A stretch of DNA of 64,000 nucleotides, taken from the NCBI GenBank assembly GCA_951406725.2, contig OX597814.1, positions 120,652,001-120,716,000 on the forward strand, given 5' to 3'. The notes under the pieces are model-generated. The model did no database searches. It saw only the letters and a list, made by a program, of their open reading frames with translations, and was not told the DNA's origin. Of this stretch, positions 24,368 through 38,162 are shown piece after piece (position 1 is the stretch's first letter; each line of letters starts with the position of its first letter). Position numbers and translations under genes: made by a program. Source of the stretch: Octopus vulgaris. Lineage: Eukaryota.

Positions 24368-24458
<91 letters not shown>
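24310..24458. repeat. (TAC)n microsatellite
   Basis: Directly visible; interrupts or abuts the PLE remnant. Confidence 0.95.
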
Positions 24459-24766
24459 TCAGCGTTATTATTACTCATATTGGTACCACTTCCATTGACT
24501 ATGGTATTACTTAAATTTATTGCAGTATCACCAAATACTGCCTCAATAATACCTGGGCTAGTTAAAACAACATAGCCTCAGTTTATATTATTCATATTAG
24601 ATATATTAGTTCTGTTGTTCCAGATTCCTACATATCTATTATTATTATTATCATCATTACATGAGTTTAAATTATTATTGACAATATTATTATTATTATC
24701 ATTATTATTGCCTTTGCACAGCTTCTAACGCTATAGATATACTAAGGTGTCATTTGTTCACTATCA

Positions 24767-24827
<61 letters not shown>

Positions 24828-25294
24828 CTTCACTCCACTCTTACCACCTCCATTCACTACAAACACACAGACTCACACTCATACCTCAACTTCTCTTCCT
24901 CCCACCCAGAACACACCAAGCTTTCCATCCCCAATTCCCAATTCCTCCGTCTACGTAGGCTCTGTAGTGACGACCATGACTTTGAGACTCAGTCTCAACG
25001 TATGGCTCACCACTTCACCCTACGTGGAGACGCCCTCACCACTATCCACACCGCCCTTGCCAGAGCACGGTCCGTGGACCGTGTATCTGCTCTCTCTCCC
25101 CGAACCCGCCCTGTAGTCTCCCGCCTCCCTTTTCCCCTCACTTACCACCCCACGACCCTACGTTTCCAACGCACCATTCTTCGAGCTTTCAATCATCTCC
25201 AGTCCGACCCGTCCACTTCACACCTCTTCCCTAACCGACCCCTCCCCTCTTTCAAACGAGCCCACAACCTTCGAGACCTTTTGGTCCATAGCTC

Positions 25295-25735
25295 TTCCCT
25301 GACCCTACCTCCCAACCCGGCTCGTTCCCCTGCTCCCGCCCACGTTGCCGCACTTGCCCTTACCTCTCCAACACCACCCGCCTCACTAGCACCCACCATC
25401 GACCCTATCCCATCATCCACTCCTTCACCTGCACCTCCAGCAATATTATCTATTGCATCTCTTGCTCTCTCTGCAATTCCTTGTACATCGGACAAACGGG
25501 ACGACGCTTGGCTGACCGGTTCGCGGAACACCTTCGTGACATCCACCTTGCGAACGACACACCGGTCTCACGCCATTTCCGCTCCACCGGTCACTCCTTG
25601 CAACACCTATCTGTGTTCGGTTTGTCCTTACACAGAGGCCATCCGGATTCCCGTTTGCGCCGTGAACAGGAATTAATCTTCTCTCTTCGCTCTTATACGC
25701 CATTTGGTCTCAACTCTCCCCCTCTCCTCATCTAA
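25295..25735 (+). CDS. GIY-YIG endonuclease domain of the PLE (frameshifted from the upstream RT-thumb ORF)
   Basis: IIY...YIGQT..R..R..EH motif; the frame is open to the stop at 25735. Confidence 0.85.
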   Translation, partial: FPDPTSQPGSFPCSRPRCRTCPYLSNTTRLTSTHHRPYPIIHSFTCTSSNIIYCISCSLCNSLYIGQTGRRLADRFAEHLRDIHLANDTPVSRHFRSTGHSLQHLSVFGLSLHRGHPDSRLRREQELIFSLRSYTPFGLNSPPLLI

Positions 25736-26451
25736 CCCCCCTCTCCCCCTCCTCACCTATCCTTTCCCCCCGACCCCTACTTCTTCAGTCCTTCATCCTT
25801 TCACCCCTACTCCCCTTCCCTCCTTCCCTCTTCCCCTTCCCTCTGCTCCCTCACTCCCTCTCTCCCCCTCTCCCTCTTTCCTCCTTCCTCCCCTCCCCCT
25901 CTTCTCCTCACTACACCACACGACTTTACACATCACATCATATATGATGTGCCATACTAATACATACACCAACTAATACATACTAATACGTACTAATACA
26001 TACTAATACATACTAATACATACACCAACCCTATACATACACACGTCCAGACCCCTCATACGCACTTATACTCTCTCATACACACACACACACACTTATA
26101 CATACTAATACGTACTAATACATACTAATACATACTAATACATATACCAACCCCATACATACGCACGTCCACACCAATCCTACGCACTAATACTCTCTCA
26201 TACACACACACACCCTTATACATACTAATACATACACCAACCCTATACATACACACGTCCAGACCCCTCCTACGCACTATTAGCTGGTCCTTCAACCCTA
26301 TTATCAACCCTATTATCTCCCCTTATTTCGCTCTCGCGTCTCATGTTTGATCTTTGACCTCTGGCCGAAATCAGATCGCCATGTTGATTCGTTAGCTACT
26401 GCACGCATTTTTTTTCTCTCCTTCTTTCTGTGTTTTTTTTCTCTCTGTGTA

Positions 26452-26489
26452 TCTTTCTGTTGAAGAGCGTAGGCTCGAAACGTTAAAGA
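26452..26489 (+). ncRNA. Minimal type I hammerhead-like motif (A6U core variant) in PLE 3' end
   Basis: UCUUU-CUGUUGA-A-GAGC(GUAG)GCUC-GAAAC-GUU-AAAGA, with a perfect 5-bp stem I, a 4-bp stem II and a palindromic ACGU helix III. Confidence 0.6.
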
Positions 26490-26624
26490 CTTGTTTTATT
26501 TATATTTCCTGAGCGCTATACTAATACAATTGTTCGTTTGTTTTCCACCTGCCTTCGTCTTTCGTCTATTTTCATAAAGCTTCCCGTTATATATATATAT
26601 ATATGTACATATGTTTGTGTGTTT

Positions 26625-26820
26625 GTGTTTGTTTGTCCCTTACTACTACTTGGCAACACCGCTGTTGATGTGTTTACGTCCCTGTAACTTATGAATTCGG
26701 CGAAACAGACCGATCGAATAAGCATCAGGCTTAGAAATAAGTCCTGGTGGTTATTCGTTCGACAAACATCATTCAAGGCAGTTCCCCAGCATAGCCGCAA
26801 TCCGATAACGGAAATAAGCA
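26625..26820 (+). mobile_element. SINE 3' portion
   Basis: Core GTTTACGTCCCTGTAACTT..TTCGGCGAAACAGACCGAT..AATAAG and a LINE-like tail AAGGCAGTTCCCCAGCATAGCCGCA. Confidence 0.55.
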
Positions 26821-29800
26821 AATTGTAACAGATTACTAAAAACAAAGAATTCATGTGATATAGCAATGTTAGAGACGCATCTAGTCAAACGTAGAATATT
26901 TTACAAATAAACAAATCCCTAAAAACTGCGTAGATTATACAGAGATACATAACTGAATCTCAATCAGTCATACAAGCGTATACATATATTTCCCCGTGCA
27001 CGATACCAAATAATATACAAAGTTAAACGAAGGTTCGGCCAAATATTTGATTACAAAATATCATTAGTTAAATGAGCAGAAAAATTAAACTCTTAGCATG
27101 TAATACACTAAGAGGTGCATTTCCTATAAGACTTAATACGTTATATCTCGGCTTACGCTGAGCAAAACAGGTTGCCTTAATATAAAAGAGAACTTTTAAA
27201 ATATTTTATATTTCAGAGTTAAGTGAATGTATTATGAGATTCTAAACGTATTCTTGTCGGTGTATCGACTTGTTGTCATAGGCATCGTCGTTCTCATTCT
27301 CGATATCACTACTGGAGCCATGTTTGTAACTGTCTTCCTCTAAATACATCACTAGCCATATGCTATGTCCTAAAAGCTTCCTTTCAATCACAACAACACT
27401 AAAACATCGATCTCATAAAAAGCTTTGGCGCATAAGTAATAAGACATGGAATTCTAAATCGAGACCAGTCGTCACCATATCTTCTTGTATTTACATACTT
27501 TTCAGTTACAGCAGTACTAAAGAATGCAAATGGGAGAGTTTGAAGTTAATACCATCCTAAAAAGCAATGAGTAATCAGAGCCATAAACTTCCTCGCTGCA
27601 GGAATCGCCACAGTGTCATGAACTATATTAAGCGATGCTGTTTATATAGTTGTAAACCCAGTTTTTATACATATTAATGTACATAGCCTTACATATTAAT
27701 GTATATGGATATTAGAAATGCAGCAGAATAACATGCTGAAAAATGCAGTAATTAGAGCCCGAAATTGGTATTGCATATGCTAAAAAATGGAGCTTGATCG
27801 ACTCTCAATCACATTATACATAAATGGAAAGGTACATTAGAAAATGTACTAATACAAATGATCAGAATTATAAACGTTTACACGGTACCCACTAATCACA
27901 AAAGAACGGAACCACATGAAGCAGATTACTGACTGCCAGCGTATATTCATTAGCATTATTTACTTTCACAATATGTAAAGTAATAAAGAAAACTCTTACT
28001 TTTATACTATCAATAGCTAAGATTAAATCTATATTTATTTCCTGATTGCTGAAATATAAATATTATGTACTTTTACTGAAATAAATATTTGAATTCTTAT
28101 ATCGTTATTAAATACTTCGAGTATATGAATGAAATTTTGCTTCTTCTTTTCTTTGGGAGAGCCATAGTGTCTCATATTTTTAGTAAAATCTTTCTTTAGT
28201 AAGAAACATTTATTCTATTCTCAAAAGAGATATATATTACCTCAATTATCTGAACTGATATTGCTAGAATGCAAAATCGAAAAAAAAAAAATTAATAGTT
28301 TAAGTGTAACAACCTCAGTGCTTGAAGCTATTCTCTGATTGTATTGAATTCGTTAAAATATTTTCGAGGAATGGAGGATATAAAGAATCAGGAAAATTAT
28401 AAATCTTTATTAGGAAATTTATAGGCAACAAATTGCAAACGGAACTCAATCTAGTATAGCGTTCAATAAATTACAGAATAATAGGTTTTATTAGTAATAA
28501 GACAAAGGGCTTCTTGTTACGAGCTAATTGATTACAAGCTAATGGCAATGGAATTGCATACTCCCAAGATAAATGATGTAGAAGACATCCACATTTCCAG
28601 ATTCCAGTTATGCTCTGAATCCGAAGTAGAGTTGCACTAAAAATATGGTTTGGACTTGTTGCCATTATTAATGGTATATAACTAGAAAGAAAACTCACCT
28701 TTAAGTCTTTAATTTCAGCGAGTTCAATATTTGCTTTAATTCATTTATACGTATTGTGTTAATATTAGATAAATCCTGGAATCGTTACTACATGAAATAA
28801 TTATCTCCACTGATTGCTGTGGCAAGTAAGACGCTGCTTTGTTAATTATATAAATGCCATTCTTAAAAAGTTCACAGCCGATAATTTCGCTGGATGTAGA
28901 TTTTTATATAACTTGAGTGTATTTTTTTAAAGCAGTTATAATATATGTGTATTAAAAATGTTCATTACATGATATGATAGATATATACCAAAATCTCTTT
29001 ATCAGAAAAATCAAAACACTTTTATTTTAACATAAAAACACTTCGACGAAAATAAATTTAAATATTTAATCAATAAAATATTTTTCCCATAATTATTTTC
29101 ACGATATTTTAATTCAAACGAGGAAAACGTGGCTGGACCTTTGCGCCAACGTAATAGCTTTTGGCTAACAATAATTTACCAGCTAAATCGAGCCTAAAAA
29201 AGAGAGGAAAATAACGAACAATATCTTTCTTGTAAATGCGGTCTGAAATATAAGTGAGAGGTATGAATTAAATCACAGAGTGTTAAAAACAATTAACGTC
29301 AAAAATTAAATATACAGTTTAAATTTTAACAAGAATAAAGTTATGTGCCAATATTTTTATTTAGACAACTAAGCTAGCCAAATAGTTTAGGTTATATATT
29401 CCTGATTTGAGCTGCACAAAATAAATGTTTATGGAAGTTTTGGCGTTCATCCCAGAAGTATTAGCAAAACTTCCTTTCTTTCTCCTCTCGTATTGACTCA
29501 TCATCCAATATCATCGGAAGGAAAACTTATATAAAGCCAAAATGCGAATCGTTCTTTCGTAAATAATTGGTGATTATTTAAATAGAGATATTCAATAATA
29601 GTTTGTTTTTTAGGAACTGTACAGCATCTACGAAATAAACTGTAAAATAAAGAGATTGTAGTTTCAGAAAATAGGCGTCGGAAATCTACAAAGAAGAACA
29701 TATAAATATCATAAAGACGGACATTCAAATACTTATATATGATAATAAGGTTCCTACCTATATATTTACAACGGTGGAGAGGCGAGGGGATAGATGTTTC

Positions 29801-30049
29801 CTAAACACACGAGAATGAGTACACACATAAGGATAAACACATACAAACACACACAAAATCATACACACCTATTCACACAGACTCGAATCGTATGTTATAT
29901 CATTTACAGACTTATTTTATCTTCAAAAACATTTAATTATATATTATCATTGGTAGTTTTGTATGGAGAAATATATGTAATTGTGATTCTGCATATTGCT
30001 GTATGGATAATTTTCGTATATATACTTTTAATGGCATACAATTAACTCA

Positions 30050-30054
30050 ACACA

Positions 30055-30128
<74 letters not shown>

Positions 30129-30317
30129 CATGTATGTGTTTATGTATGTACATATGTATGTATGCAAGTACATATATGTATATATGTATGTATATGTGTA
30201 TATATATACGTAGATATAACGGGAGATAAAATACAGGTAGGTAGATATAGAGACAGTTGTGTGTGTATATATATATATAGTGAGAGAGGGAGAGAGATAC
30301 ATACAGACAGATAGATT

Positions 30318-30368
<51 letters not shown>

Positions 30369-30420
30369 GCATAGATGGATATATATATATATATATATAT
30401 AGATAGATAGATAAATAGAC

Positions 30421-30482
<62 letters not shown>

Positions 30483-30483
30483 G

Positions 30484-30533
<50 letters not shown>

Positions 30534-30560
30534 TGTAGGTAGGTAGGTAGATAGATAGAG
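30050..30560. repeat. (CA)n, (AT)n and long (AGAT)n microsatellite cluster
   Basis: Directly visible. Confidence 0.95.
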
Positions 30561-31146
30561 AACTTTAATTCTTTTATATGAAATGTTTCCTGGAAATAAG
30601 ATAATAATCTAGACATAGCGGTAAAATTACGAACCTCAATATTATGAATAAATTGTCAGGTACGAACCAATTAACAAGTTAATGTAGTACAAAGAGAATG
30701 TTCCATGAAAGCCTGTATGTAGATTGTAAGATTTTGTTGAATGCAAAGTTTATTTTTCTTGAAAAAGCATTCTCCACCTATTGAATTCACATATCAAACG
30801 TAATGTTATCACATCTGAGCAGGTCAAGAATGGTTTTAAACATTAGGCTGAACACATCAAATTTAAAAAAACCCTCAAAACTTTAAGCAGTATGTTTCGA
30901 TATTAGTAGAGCGACAAGAGTATGCATTGAAATGCGACAGTACAGCTTTTGCCTAGCTCACAAATGTAATATTCTGAAACCATACAAAATTCTAAATATA
31001 TATATTAAGTTGTGTCTAAATGCTGAGACATAAGAACTTTATGAAAAATGTGTTATAATAGAAAATTAATATGCGATAATTATGAATTTAATCTGTCACA
31101 TAGGGAGAATGCATAAGAATGCCACTGACATCACGATACATTGATG

Positions 31147-31582
31147 TGAGCTGGGCGAAATGCTGAGCAGTATTTAGTCTGCCGTTACGTTCTGAGTTCA
31201 AATTCCGCCGAGGTCGACTTTGCCTGTCTTCCTTTCGGGGTCGATTAAATAAGTACCAGTTACGCACTGGGGTCGATGTAATCGACTTAATCCGTTTATC
31301 TGTCCTTGTTTGTCCTCTCTGTGTTTAGCCCCTTGTAGGTAGTAAAGAAATAGGTATTTAGTCTGCCGCTACGTTCTGAGTTCAAATTCCACCGAGGTTG
31401 ATATTACATTTCATCCTTTCGGGTCGATAAATTAAGTAACAGTTGCGTACTGGGCCATCCTCCCCGAAAATTTATTCCCTCTGAAACTTATTCCCTCTGA
31501 AAATTTATTCCCTCTGAAAAACCCTAATCGACTTGCCCTCCTCCTCGAAAATTTCAGGCCTTGTGCCTAGAGTAGAAAAGAA
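31147..31582 (+). mobile_element. Dimeric SINE, same family as 9219-9610
   Basis: Colinear with the 9.2-kb copy and ends GGCCTTGTGCCTAGAGTAGAAAAGAAT in both. It has an internal triplication of TTATTCCCTCTGAAA at 31467-31520. Confidence 0.85.
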
Positions 31583-34500
31583 TGCATTGATACAAGCTAA
31601 GTAAAACTATATATGAAGAATTACTACTACAAAGTTCTAGTAAAAATAAACTTCAGTTCACTTCGTGTAGTCTATTTCAGAGACCATCAACCTTACAGTG
31701 TACTTAACTGAAACTTTAACCATTCATGTGCTACTCCAATTATTTTCAACAATAAAATCTGACAAAACTTGGCAAGCATTAAATATATCATAGTGCACTT
31801 AGACCCTAGCCTGTTAATTCATCATTATGTTGCCTGAAAAGAGTCGTAAATGACAGAATAGTCGTTGCAGTTATCTAGTGAGTTAGGTCTCTTTTGGGAT
31901 TAAAAAAACTCTGCTGTATGAACTGACCTATTGTTCTAGTGTCTGCACCCGTAAACTTCCACATTATTTTTGAGTGGTTGTGTGTGTGTGTCTGATTGTG
32001 CGTCTGTGTGTGTGCCTGTGTGTCTGTGTGTGTGTCCCTGTGTGCCTGTGTGTCTGTGTGTGTGTTTGTGTATGACTAAATACTAACTGATTAAAAACAA
32101 AATTAAATATACTAATAACAGCAATAACACGAACAACATTAATAAAATAACAAATAATCTTTCTGCTCTTGGAACATGGCCAAGGAGTTTAAAGATAAAG
32201 CAAAGTCGATTATATGGGCCCCAATACGTGATAGGTACTTACTATCTTGATCACGTAATTATGACGGGTAAAGTCAGCCTTGAGTAGAGAAGCTTAGACG
32301 AGACTTCAAGTCAGGTAATTCATTGTTACTATATTGTGTGGCCAGAAATAATGGTAGGCAAAGCTGATCTCGGTAGAATTTCACCTAGAGATTCTGACAA
32401 TCCAACATCAAAATATGAAGAATAACAGCAATAATTCATTAAATTTGGCCTCGCCGAGATTTGATCCCAGGGCGTTAACAAACAAAATACCAGTAAGGCA
32501 TTTTGTTTTTCACTCACACTATTCTGCTAAAGTGTCACCCTTAATTTAGGCGTAATCTATTGACCAAATCTTTAGCTGGAGGAGTATATTCTAATGACTG
32601 CACTTTCCAGTTGTCGCATGTTTTATCGAGTTCGACCTCGTAAGGATGAAGCGCTCAGTAAATTCGAGCTCAGATCATTGGGAGACGAATGTATAAAGAA
32701 TGCATTATTCAGCTCATTCTTCCACAAGTAGCTTCGAAACATTGATCCAACATTCAGACGCTCACTCCATAGGTTACCGTATGAGGAGTAGGAGATGAAT
32801 AGGAAAATATAGTACAAAACGCAAACATTATGAAGACAGATAGAGTCAATGAACAAGAGAGGAAAAATTACAAAATAAATAAATATAAAATATAAAATTA
32901 AAAAAATATCTTATTAATTTGGAGATTAGACGAAGCTATTAGATGTAATGCCAAAATAGTTTGAAACTTTATTGGCTATTACTGAAGTAAAAACTGATAT
33001 GATGGCTCTCCATTATCGAAGTAGAGAAACGAGAAAAAAATCAATTTTGTTTTCTCTTTTCATTATTTAGAATAGCTTGCAATATTTGTAAAGAGTATTT
33101 CATAAACATTGATTTCTTTAATTGTTAGACAGTGTCAAACACATTTCGCTGGCTCACTAACCAAAAGTCTGCTTTCTCTCCTTCATTGTTCTTTGATAAA
33201 ATATTATCGGTTAAAGCATTACAGCTGCACACGATGTATTTTTTTTCTTTTTGTATTAAGTACAGGGAAACCACAAGATATTATTGAAATTTGCTGTTTT
33301 CGAAATTGGTTTTCCAAGAATAAATTTTCAAAAGGGTCTGCTTTAATATTTTTACTTGCATGCACATATATTATTGCAACACCATTGTGCCACACACAAG
33401 TGCACGCACATCAGTACATTTTTAACAAATATTCTTTGTTTAAAATCCAGCGAATATTTCACTTCGATTTTTGAAAGCATACACGTACACACGCGGACAC
33501 ACATCTATTTATAAGGTTGTGTAAAGAGGGAGACAGAACGTGAGATAAAAAAAAGTGAGTGTGTATGTAGATATATATATATATATATTTACTTATTTAT
33601 AAAAATACATGATGTATATAATACGTAAGTTGTATAAACTATGAGTCTATAAACGTTACTTACAACATTTTGTAAGTACATAGTAAAGTGGTGACTGATA
33701 ATCATTGAAAAAGAGCTACACAATAGGAAAGTTCTTGTTGGTTTCAGACCGCATGACTCTTTAAAGCATTTGTAGTATAATTGGGGATTTCTGATTGGTA
33801 GGCTACAAAGGAAAATTCCAATGTAATTTGTGTTATAAAACCTAATGTAGTGAAACATGAAATTTTCCTGCAGCCAATAATCTTGACTCTAACGCACCAA
33901 ATTTTCTCCAACGTCTAGCAGTAACATGCTAACAGCCGAAACAGTTAAATCTATAGCGTCTGTCATAGCTTACATGAATATTACGTGGAATTGAAAATAA
34001 TTCTTAGGTTGAAGTACAGAAATATCCTGTACAAATTGGCATGCCGATAACAAAAAAAGAAAGAAAGAAAAGAAAACACTAAAATTCGTTTGGAAAATTA
34101 TGATGTTCTCACATGCTAACATTATAGCCTTTTTTACTGGTTATAGCTATAATCCTTACAACTACCTGCTAAAAATATATGAAATAACACAATATCATTA
34201 ATGAATATCACTCTCCGGTGTATTTTCACTCAACACTGAAAAGATTTTTTATAATTTTATTCCTTCTATGCTCATTCATCCAGCATAACAAAATTAAGAT
34301 TCTGTATTCCTTGCGAATAATCTAAATGCTCAGATGATTTCATATTAATGCTTAGATAGATTAAAACCATTAATCTATTCTGTAATATCGCGATGTTGAT
34401 AAATTATAATGAAACACGGGTATTCAATTACGAAATTGTTTAAAATGCTTTCCAGTTGTGTATATAATTGAAACAATAAAATTTTTCAAAATATGCAAAT

Positions 34501-35111
34501 AACATCGTCACCATACATAATTAAGCACCCGCACAAATGCAAAACTAGCCACGCGAGCGCACACACAATCACAATTGCATCTTTTGTTTGTTATATGTAT
34601 GTGTGCGTAAGAATCACGTCTCGTTTTATTGTTGTCTGTATGTGTGTGTAAGAATCACGCCGGTGTTAAAAGCAATTAAGCAAGGAAACTACTTAATACT
34701 GTTGTGTATATATTTAGGATATTAAGGATCGGTAACATAAATCTCTTACACATTTAACTGCTAAATGTATATTTGCACGAAAGTACTTTTTTCTCTCTCT
34801 GAGTGTGAGACAATGTGCGTGTGATGGTGTATTAGTGCTTACATTTAAAATTGCAATTACAGCAGATGCGACTAACGCACATTTTTAAAACGTTACACAG
34901 GAACTAACACACTGCTCATACATCTATTGATGCGTGTACGCTCATCAGCAATTGCCACAAGCCATCATCCTGTCGAAAAAATTCTATAATTGATATTACA
35001 TCAGTATATGACTGTTAATCTATTGATTCTAGAAATATCAAATTTTACTAATTTTTTGTTTGCTTTCGTTAGCCTTTTGTTTTCTTTTATTCTAGTAACC
35101 TTTGTTACATA

Positions 35112-35500
35112 TCTATATATATAAAGCTGAAGTTGCCTGTGTATGGCAGGTTTGGTAGCCTTCAACTGACACTATCCCCTCCGAGACCCTGCGACGCAAG
35201 TTGACAAAAATTGAGAGTATGATAGAAGGTTTGCTCTTCCTTCCGTAGAAGAAAAAATTCAAATCGGACCATGTTAACACCAAAAATTATTTACACCAAA
35301 AAGGTGCTTTTTTCTATGAAAATCCCTATTTTCTACGATTTTTTGACTGCTGTGTCGCCAATTTTCGCTGTATTTCAACCAGAAAAAAAATGTTCACTTA
35401 AAGAGGATAACAAGCTACATAATGCAAACATTTTACTTTTCAAAAATTCCAATTCTAAAGGATCGAAACAAACCCGAGCAACGCCGGGCGATACTGCAAG
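35112..35500 (+). mobile_element. Non-autonomous Helitron
   Basis: 5' TC(TATATATATAAAG) preceded by A; subterminal hairpin CCCGAGCAACGCCGGG; 3' end CTGCAAG (CTAG with one change) followed by T; no TSD. Confidence 0.75.
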
Positions 35501-35832
35501 TAATATATGAGCTTGGAAAACAGCACAAATACGTTACTCAAAATATAACACCATTAAACTATCTGCTAATACCAAATATGGCAACTTAGAAATTTACTCG
35601 CAATAACCGAAGAGAAATACTTACCGTGAATTTTCTGGAATTTAAATTGTAAGTTTAGATGCACGTATTCAGATATAAATATCTAAACAGTGTATTATAG
35701 TAAAAATAAGCTCAGTTGTCAACACAGTAAGATATAATACAATATAGAAAACTATAGAATATCTTTCATCTAACAGGGGAACATTTATTTTACTTTAAAT
35801 ATTTTAAGGTACGTTGTACTCCGTTATTGAAA

Positions 35833-36350
35833 CACAATATATCATAAGCTATACTGAAAGCTTTCATAAGTCAGTACCACGTACGTTCTATTGCGTCAGC
35901 AGTGCTCTTACATTATTTTGTTAATGTTAAATCTACAGATATATGATAGAACTTATAGCGAGCACTGATTTTTGCTACAACGTCTCGTATTGAGACGTCA
36001 GATGCAAACAGACAATGTGATTGAAGACAAAAGTGGGTAATTAATGTATAATCCATATTTCAGGAGATGTTACCCCTTCTTCAGAACTCATCTCATCCAC
36101 TATTGCCTCCAAAAGTTGTTTATATAGCCACCGAATACAAATATGTTAAGTTATTGGATATCCCAGTTTACATAATAGATGGATTTCTGAGGCTGGTATG
36201 TAATCATTCAAGATTTGCAATTACGTGATATTTCGTTCTTCAAATACAATATACTATAAGGTATACTAAATGTTTTCATGAGTCAACACCACATTCTATT
36301 GCGTCAGCAGTGTTCTTACATTATTCTGTTAAGGTTATTTCTACAGATAC
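35833..36350. repeat. Pair of diverged ~105-bp direct repeats (35833-35942 and 36246-36350)
   Basis: Both contain TTCTATTGCGTCAGCAGTG(C/T)TCTTACATTATT(T/C)TGTTAA..TCTACAGATA. Confidence 0.85.
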
Positions 36351-36569
36351 TCTATAGGATTGATTTATTTCATTATTCATTTGATGCTATATAGGAAAAC
36401 GTTTCCTCCATCTTCGACAGATGTCATGGATTCCGAATATAATAAATATACAACAATTTCACAACTTGCAAAGAAATACCGAAATTTTAAATATTCGATC
36501 ATATGGTGAGATATCAGAATGATTGGAACACTTCTAACAAAGATCACATTACCTTACGCATAATCTCAA

Positions 36570-36765
36570 TGCGTAACAGTATTTCGTCCGCCGTTACGTT
36601 CAGAGTTCAAATTCCGCCGAGGTCGACTTTGCCTTTGATTCTTTCGGGGACGATAAATAAAGTACCACTTACGCACTGGGGTCGATGTAATCGATTTAAT
36701 CCCTTTGTCTGTTTTTGTTTGTCCCCTCTATGTTTAGCCCCTTGTGGGCAATAAAGAAATAGATA
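36570..36765 (+). mobile_element. SINE monomer, same family as 9219
   Basis: GTTCAAATTCCGCCGAGGTCGACTTTGCCTTT...CACTGGGGTCGATGTAATCGA...TTTAGCCCCTTGTGGG. Confidence 0.85.
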
Positions 36766-37485
36766 TTGATTTGAACTTTCACTTTTGTATATCAACAGAT
36801 TAATTTTCGCGACGAAAGAACTCGTCCGACCTACTAATTATATCAAATCTCCAAATGTTAGAAATTTGCCTACCAAATTCATCATTCGCTAAAACACTGC
36901 ATTGTGAATCCCACCGTGGTTGAGAACACAAATATACTTCGCTATATATACTTCAAAGATCACACTACGTTACACGTAATCTCATTCAGACTTGCAATGA
37001 TGTCTTCACTTTCAACACCACAAGAAATAAAACCTCCAAATTGTTTCTCAGTGATATAGTTACAATTGAAGTTGCTCTTGGAATACAGTGGATGCATTCA
37101 TATCTTTGATTGTATCGAGGAAATCTTAAATCACATTCCATCCACTTAGGCTTTCAGCGGGAATAAGAACCCTTGCACTTCTTCGTTGTGTTGCTACTGG
37201 TGTGGGGGTGGCTATCGTTGCAAGTCTGAGAGAAGTTAAGTGTAAATGGGTGCAAATCCGTTATTAGCAAATTTGTGGTTTGTTAGCTTTAGGTCAGCTT
37301 TGATCGATGAAAGATTATAATCAAACGAATTCCGGCCAAATTAATCTTCTCTATTTTCTGATACACTTAAGAGAAATAGATAAATAGATAAACATATATG
37401 CGTAGACATATATATACGTATACATACATAAAGTGACACGCAGACACAGAGACACAAACAGCACAAACGCACACGCACGCGTGTA

Positions 37486-37549
<64 letters not shown>

Positions 37550-38162
37550 TATATATTCACATAAACATTCTGTTATAAAGTTAAGTACCACAAACCATTT
37601 AGGAGGGCTCTTAAATATTTGTTCTAATTTATAAAAATGCCGAAATGATTATTAACTGGGAAATATAAGTTTCAGTCTCCTGTATTTAAAAATTCCGTAC
37701 ACTTTTATTGGGATTTTCAACCCCTCCTGCTTATTACTTCTTATATGGAGTTTAAAACTAGCTCATCTAGAGAGAGAAAGTTACCTATATTTCTATTTTA
37801 TATTTATCATCACCTAACTCTTACTCGTTAGTCGCGTTTTAAATAGACATGTCTCCTAGAAGAATTACACATTAAAAATTAATAAGAAAACATTACCCAT
37901 GTCATTCTGAAGTCCATCTTTTTCTTTATTAGTTTCTTATTTCTTCTTACTGTTCTACTGATAAGTACTCTTTGACAACTCAGGTCCTTAAAAATAATTT
38001 ATTGTCTTTTTGTGCAAAACGATCGTCTAGCGAATTGAATATATTTAATCCCATATTATCATCTAATCTCCTCTATTTATGAAAAATATGATTGAATTTG
38101 TCGAACTTCTTTCTATAACTTAAATCATGTCCCTAATTCTTCATCAGTTATAGGCCAGATCG

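Larger units (their letters stand above)
24829..26590 (+). mobile_element. 5'-truncated Penelope-like element (Neptune-like): RT thumb, zinc-binding linker, GIY-YIG and 3' UTR/pLTR
   Basis: TSIHYKHTDSHSYLNFSSSHP..SIPNSQFLRLRRLCS..NLRDLLVHS; one frameshift at ~25290; then FPCSRPRCRTCPY..FTCTSSNIIYCISCSLCNSLYIGQTGRRLADRFAEH..E..IF..TPFGLN. The 3' UTR is C-rich with TACTAATACA repeats and carries an HHR. Confidence 0.9.

Noticed and set aside
28471-28790. 75-aa minus-strand ORF and an upstream exon at AAG|GTGAGT (28698)
   Set aside because: The ORF start is the donor-like GTG itself, and the upstream frames contain stops within a few codons; no homology.
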